64,000 bases of DNA from Eledone cirrhosa (taxonomy: Eukaryota): assembly GCA_964016885.1 (NCBI GenBank), contig OZ024741.1:138942001-139006000 (forward strand), written 5' to 3'. Of the stretch, positions 57,417-64,000 are shown one piece after another; within the stretch, counting starts at the first letter, position 1, and every line of letters begins with the position of its first letter. The translations under genes were made by a program, and so were the position numbers. The notes below the pieces were generated by a model, which ran no database searches, was not told the origin of the DNA, and saw only the letters and a program-made list of their open reading frames with translations.

Positions 57417-58480
57417 TTAGCCATCGGGCTTTAACACTGGCTTAAAGTGTTTGAAAGTTGCAAAGTTCTTGTGCATGCAGTTCGGGCAGTGTTCAGAGAG
57501 TTTGTTCAGTAGCGGGCCCTTGGCGAATAAAATTTCATAGCTCTCTGAAATACAAAGGTCGCAGCCCTTGTGTCCTCCGTTGTAAGAGCGCGCTTTCTGG
57601 AGTATTTTCCATTTAAGCGTGAAGGGGGAGGAGTTCCTTTTGAGGTCCCAAACGTAGGAGGCGAGTGTTGTCTGATTTGATTTATCCGGTCTACTGAAGG
57701 AGTGGGTATGGGCATACCAACGGGTCTTAAAGTTGTTGGAGGTCATGCCGATGTAAGTTTTTTTGCAATCCTCGGTGCCTGAGATGACATCGCATTTGTA
57801 TACGATGTCATTTGTGAGGCATTTGTTTTCAAGTGGGCATGCTTCCTTATTTAGGCAATTACATAGAGCCCCAGTCCGGGGATTGGTTTCAGAGGTGGTT
57901 GGCTTATTTAATTTAGAATTGTGGTTGGCTATATTCCTAGCTAGGTTAGGTGTGGTGGAGTAAGACAGTCTTATAGTGTTCTTATTAAAGATGGTGTAGT
58001 ACCTATGTTGTATGGGGAAGTGTAATTTCAGTAAAGTGAAGAAAATCCTAGCTATCGGAGTAGATACCTCTCTATTGAAGGGAGGGTTGTACCAGCTAAT
58101 CTGCCTATGTCTATGCCTCCTCTGCAGTCTTGCGGTGGTTTCTAGGTAAGTTATCATATCTTTAAATCCGCTACGGGCGAGGGCGTCATTGTAGTAGGAG
58201 GCAGATGCATTAAAAATATCTTTGTTGGCGGAGAGGCCAGATATTCTAATAGAGACGCTTTTTACTAGGTTATCAGTGATGTTTTGGGGGTGGTTTGAAT
58301 TAACATTAATATATTTAAGGGACTCGTTAGGTTTGTGGTACGGGTAATAGAGGGAAGTATCTAGGTCGAGAGTGACATCTAAGAAGTTGGCCCTAGTCAA
58401 ATTAGAATCTATAGTTATACTAAATCCTAGATTAGAGAAGAAAGAGCTTAAGTTTTTCCGAAACCAATCGGTGGTTCTGG
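57417..58480 (-). CDS. PLE polyprotein C-terminal part: RT thumb, Cys linker, GIY-YIG endonuclease (open frame, 5'-truncated)
   Basis: NFLDVTL, YHKP..YIN..SNHP, WYNPPF, CNCx4CPLxxxC, IVYKC...YIGMT..FKTRW..H, CDLC..E...LLN..C.H. Confidence 0.9.
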
Positions 58481-58507
58481 GGTTAACCTTATGTATATAT
58501 ATATATA

Positions 58508-58549
<42 letters not shown>

Positions 58550-58580
58550 GTGCCTTTTCCTTATATATGTGTATGTGTGT

Positions 58581-58654
<74 letters not shown>

Positions 58655-58697
58655 ATGTATGTGTGTGTGTGCGTTTGTATGTGTATACATGTTTGTT

Positions 58698-58730
<33 letters not shown>

Positions 58731-58833
58731 GTGTATGTGTATATATGTATATATGTATATGGTTATATATATGAATGTATATATATATATATGGGTATAT
58801 GTATATATATGTGTGTGTGTGTTTGTGTGTATA

Positions 58834-58864
<31 letters not shown>

Positions 58865-58914
58865 GTGTGTGTATGTGGTTTTTATATATATATATATATA
58901 TGTGTGTGTATGTA

Positions 58915-58955
<41 letters not shown>

Positions 58956-59229
58956 ATACGTATGTGTGTGTATATATATGTGTATGTATGTATGTGTGTA
59001 TGTGTATATATATATATATATATGTGTGTGTATATGTGCCTGTGTATATGTATGTATATATGTCTATATGTATTTGTGTGCATATGTATACACATGTATA
59101 TTTGTGTTTGTATGTATGTGTGTGAGTGTATTTATATGTGTATATATGTGTGTGTGTGTGTGTGTATGTATGTGTATGTGTGTGTGTATGTGTATATATA
59201 TGTGTGTGTGTATATATATATATATATAC

Positions 59230-59283
<54 letters not shown>

Positions 59284-59879
59284 GTGTGTATGTATATGTA
59301 TGTATATGAATATATTTTTTATATATGTGTGTGTGTTTTTATGTGTGTATATGTGTTTGTGTGTGTGTTTATGGTTGCGCGTAAGTGTGTGAGTGAGTAT
59401 GTTTTTTTGTTTTTTTGTTTTTTTGTGAATGTGTCTGTTGATTTTTGGCATATAGTTGATTAATTTAAGAGAAGTTCGAAGATAATAGTAAGATATGCAC
59501 TCAGTATTTTGAATCTGTCTGCAGAATTCTCTAGACCTTTGTCACTTAGTAGAACCTTAATGATTTTAGCTTTTAAAGAATCTCCCTTTTCTTTAATTCT
59601 ATCGACCATGACTGACCCCCCACTGATTTTATAGACATCTGTTAGCTTAAGAGAAACTTAATGACAAGGATTGGTATGCCATCCGGAACCTGTTTATAGA
59701 ATTCTGTCTGCCCTTGTTACTCTAAAAACATAAATAAATAAAAATAAACTATAGCTTTGTAGAATTAGCTTTTAATGAATTCCCTTTTCTATCAACCAAT
59801 GACCTGCACCCATCCCACTCCCCACCCTCTCCTACCACTTGTAGAGACCTATAAATACCATTTTTATTTTTTGATACCC

Positions 59880-59930
59880 AGATTCCTGATGATTTCTAAT
59901 GAATGAAACAGTTCTAGTCCTGTAGAATCT
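59880..59930 (+). ncRNA. Type I hammerhead in the inverted pLTR
   Basis: AGATTC-CTGATGA-T-TTC TAAT GAA-T-GAAA-CAG TTCTAGTC CTG-TA-GAATCT; predicted GUA cleavage after 59924. Confidence 0.85.
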
Positions 59931-60012
59931 CATCTATATTAAAACTTTTATACTCTGCTATGTATTGAGTACCTTACTTACTGTGGTTACCTCCGATTCA
60001 ACCCGGAATAAC

Positions 60013-60073
<61 letters not shown>

Positions 60074-60098
60074 ATATATATATACATATGTAGGATAT

Positions 60099-60146
<48 letters not shown>

Positions 60147-60162
60147 TAGATAGATAGATAGA

Positions 60163-60320
60163 TAATTGTTTCTAATTTTGGCACAAGGCCATTACTGGAG
60201 TTTTATTTTATCATACCCGTAAGGAGGAAAGGCAATTTGAACTCAGAATGTAAAGGCCATAACTCTATGCCGCAAAGTATAGTGCCTGACGTTGTACAAG
60301 TTCTGCCAAACCAACGCCTT
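60163..60320 (-). mobile_element. Diverged SINE copy
   Basis: Same family as 938-1125. Confidence 0.7.
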
Positions 60321-60332
60321 GTATATAGATAT

Positions 60333-63300
60333 GTTTCTTTTATTTGCCACTAGGGCATCAAAAGTGGGACAAGTACAAAGGGGGGAGTTTACACAAAAAG
60401 GCGTCCTCAATAAGGAGGAGGCAATAACAAAATATAAAAATAAAATAAGATATAACAAAAAATAAAATTTATAACAAAATCCTCAATAGAGAGGAGGCGC
60501 CTTGGGGGGTCGCACACACCCCCGAAAAAAGTGTGCAACCCTTTTCCTCAGGAGCACAGAGAGGGGGTGCTCCCTCGTTCCTTCCTCTTTTCCACCTACA
60601 GGCTTATGTAAAGAGAAGGCCCATTCACACGGGCCATTCTCGCCACTTTCACCCACCTTTCATAAAAACGACTGGGGTGCAGCACCTCTCTCTGCATCCT
60701 GATCCTTCTTCCGAAATGATATCGGAAGAAACGGACCAGTTGTTGGCCAGAGAGAAAGGTGCCTGACCTCAGTCCTTTCAGACGCGTCCACCATACAACC
60801 TCTTTCGCCATGGCTATTACGCACAGAAACACCGCCTCTGCTTCATCTTTGAAGGGGGGAGGCGGCTTGATCATTACAATAGACTCGGTGGTCAACCGGA
60901 TCGGTCCCACCCTTGACAGCAGTTGTTCGACATAGCCCCACAGATCGGCTACGCCCGAGCAGTGTACCAATGCGTGTGCAACGGTTTCCTCGTCGCACAC
61001 GCATCTGGGACAGATCTTTTTGGCGGGGTCCCTACCCGTGCGCCCGTGTCTGTAGAGCCCTTCTCGAACCGGTAAAGCCCCTCGGTAGCACTGCCAGGCC
61101 AGGGACTTCTGGAAGTTGTCCATAGGTCCCGGGCTGAATGTCCTACCGAACAGGCTGGCCAGTTCGTCCTCCTCCATGTCTAGGGCTTCTCCGAGGGCGT
61201 CGTCGCACCTGCTGCGTGCCAGCCCTCTATAGAATGTTGCGGTGGAGTCTCCACTGATAACCGGATCCGCCTGCCAGAGGGCGGTGAGCGCCTGGGCACA
61301 CTCAGTGTGCCAGGCGCCCAGTTTTCTCGGTCTTTGCTTGACCCAGGATTGCAGCTCGGTGAGTGAGACGAGTCTGGGAAAGGTTCGTCTCAGAAACGAG
61401 GCCCACACCGGTTGTCCGGTGAGGAATACGTAGAGGTGCCGTAGCCTTAATGCGTGTTTACGCATCATTAGCCACGGCATCCCCAGCCCTGCTTTCGAAG
61501 GGTGTTGACAGCAGATGGATCTCCTCACCATAGGGCACGCCTCTTCCAAAGGAATTGGAAGAGCGTGCGCTCCATCTTGGTGAGGGTTTCCCTTGGGCAG
61601 GGAACTACGGTCAGGCGGTAGTAGATGACGGACGCTATATAAGTGTTCGCCACCTCCGCCCGACCTTTCAGGGATAGTTTGCAACTGGCCCACTTCTGGG
61701 TCAGTGCAAACACCCTGTTCGTAACCTCCGCCCAGTTTTTCTCCACCTGGGGGTCCGGTCCGAACCAGACCCCGAGCAACTTCACCGGGCCCTCCGTCCA
61801 GCGTCCGACGACGCCATCGGAGGGCATCGGTCTGCCCCTCCACGTGCCGAGTTGCAAACCGATCGACTTGTCCCGGTTCAGCTTAGCCCCTGTGAACTTT
61901 TCGTACTCCTCCAGTAAGGTGCCGACCGCCTCGATTTCGGAGGCCGTCGACACCATTACTGTCACGTCATCGGCGTAGGCTGACACCGCTTTCCCCAATC
62001 CCGGTTCCAAAGGGATGCCCTGCAACAACTCCAACTTCCGCAGTAGTGGCTCGAGAGTCAACACATACAGAAGGGAGGAGAGAGGGCACCCTTGTCGGAT
62101 GGACCGCGCGATTTTGAACGGCTCCGAGAGGTAGCCGTTCACCTTGACCCTAGAGCAGATGCGGCTGCTGTGCATAGCAGTGATCCAGCCCCTGAAAACG
62201 GGTCCGAAGCCTGCCGCCGCTAGCACCGCATCCAGGTAACCATGGTCGACCCTATCGAACGCCTTAGATTGATCCAAGTTGATCAGAGCCCCACCAAAGC
62301 CGGGTTCATTCCCAACCCTCTCTATGATGTATCGCATGAGGTGGAGGTTGTCATGGATGGACCTGGACGGGATAGCGCATGTCTGCCACCAGGTTGCCCA
62401 CGACAAGCGCCAACCTCTTTGCTAGCACCTTGGCCAAAATCTGTAACTCTGTATTTAGCAGAGTTATGGGCCTGAAGTTACTTATTTCGTCCCCCTTGTT
62501 CTCGTCCTTCCTCACTAGCGTGACTACGCCCTTGGTCACAGTACAGGGAATTCTCCCGTTCTGTTGCCAGTTGCAGTAGACCGCCTCGAGGAGATCGGGG
62601 AACAAGTCCGGCATAGCTAGATATAATTCGTAAGGAAGACCATCGAGACCCGGGGATTTGCGTTTGCCTCATTGGCTCAGCACGTCCTCTATCTCAGCGG
62701 CCGAAATCGGCTCCTCGCAGGACTTCGCCTCCCTGTCCGAGAGGTGCGGCAGGCCGTCGAGGTTTGGACCGAAGTCCACGTTCCCGACCGGCTCCCCGCC
62801 CCTCCCGAACAGTCGGGCAAAGTGCCTTTGAAAGGCCTCACACATCTGCTTAGGCTCAAGAATCGCCCGTCCATCCAGGTCTCGCAAAGACCGGATGGTG
62901 GATTTAGTTCCACTGTTGGCCTCTGTCACGCGGGCCCAGCCAACAGCTTTGGTCCCCTCGTTCCCTAGAGCACGTATTTTACTTCGGACAACGCAGCCTT
63001 CGTGCTTCGCGTCGAAAAACTGGCTCAAAGCCGTTCTCGACGCTAGCACTCTGGCCACGTCGCCGCTTCTAATTGCCTCTTCTACTCTATCTATTAGCTC
63101 CCTTTCCTTCTTATTCCTATCCGCCGCTAGAACCTTACTAAATTCTACCGAGACTACTCTAATCTCTCTCTTTAGAGATACCCACCACCTGCTGTTGACG
63201 ATCGCTCCAGTCAACCGTTCCTTAACTAACGTACTAATCCGATTCCTGTAGGCTCTACTTGCCGGCAAGGACAAGTTGAGCTTCCAGTAACCGGGGCCCT

Positions 63301-64000
63301 GTCTATGCGTTCTATCAAGGTTGACCATGCAGGTCACCAACTTGTGGTCTGAATAGCCAACCATGAGCATTTCTGGACAACTTAAAAAAGTCCCTGTCCT
63401 TATTTCTAACTAAAAATCTATCTAGGTACGACCTAGATGATCCGCTGCGATTTGACTAAGACCAGGTTGGCACCGTCGGAAAATCTAGTCGAAATCTATC
63501 GGCCAGGTCAAATCGGCCGAGTAACCCCTTGAGGCTGTTGCACCCCTCTCTATCGGGACATGCCCCTGCATAGTCCCAACGTGCATCCAGGATACCATTC
63601 CAATCCCCCACTAAAAGCAGGGAACGGGACGTCCCTAGAAAAGACTCCAGACGCTGGAAAAAGTCGGGCCGCTCTGTCCCAAAAGGGGCATATGCGGCTA
63701 TCAGCCTAAAGGCTCTATCTTCACCACTGCCAAGGTCCAGCACCACCAGTCGACCCCCTGGGTCCAAATGAACTATCTGTGTTGCAAGGCCCATATGTTT
63801 TTGCAGCAGAACGACAACCCTACCCCCACCTCCGGGCTGACAGAGAGATGCGTGCATCTCAAAGTCGTCAAAGGTGGGGGCTAGCTGTCGCATGCTGCTG
63901 ATCCGGGCCTCGCAGATAACCATCACATTTATAGATTGTGACCTGAGGTCATTTAGAAGCATTGCTTGCTTCCAAGACGAGCCCAGGCCACGCGCATTTA
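60333..64000 (-). mobile_element. Third Tx1-clade LINE (frameshifted ORF2 + 3' UTR), continues past the window end
   Basis: ORFs 63456-63962, 62669-63370, 62351-62614, 61525-62406 (LDQSKAFD, RQGCPLS, YADD) and 60596-61843 (CPRC..ETVAHALVHC) are collinear with 4423-7842. Confidence 0.93.

Larger units (their letters stand above)
53979..60015 (-). mobile_element. 5'-truncated Penelope-like element (probably Naiad group) with a ~1.5-kb inverted pLTR
   Basis: ORF 57417-58480; 53979-55470 is the inverse of about 58520-59946; HHR in both arms. Confidence 0.88.

Noticed and set aside
57250-58480. Selenoprotein/SECIS as reported for some Naiad PLEs
   Set aside because: No in-frame TGA in the retained ORF and no AUGA...GA SECIS core seen after the stop

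Overview
This is a eukaryotic, AT- and microsatellite-rich window made almost entirely of retroelement DNA. It looks like an octopus/cephalopod genome, an inference from the repeat families only. No intact host gene is visible. Coding remnants: three Tx1-clade LINEs (one full-length, one internally deleted, one cut by the window edge), an R4/Dong-clade LINE plus a second 3' copy, a compact decayed LTR retrotransposon, two Penelope-like elements (PLEs, RT + GIY-YIG), RTE fragments and many tRNA-derived SINEs. Most ORFs in the track are translations of (TA)n/(CA)n repeats. The main unannotated signal lies between about 31 and 60 kb: about a dozen mostly unrelated elements sitting in (TA)n tracts, nearly all non-coding. 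Each carries a hand-foldable type I hammerhead ribozyme (HHR) motif, about 20 copies in total, from intact to degenerate. Several share one architecture: a ~500-600 nt unit, a partial tandem repeat and a terminal inverted copy. At least two, and up to four, families have the compensatory U3-A8 core (TTGANAA) instead of C3-G8 (CTGANGA). They read as PLE-mobilised, retrozyme-like elements that could release circularisable RNA monomers. Also noted: two Tx1 elements bounded by (AAT)n, a SINE whose 3' tail resembles the Tx1 3' end, and possible decayed Ig-like exons. All folds and alignments were done by eye and none has been computed.
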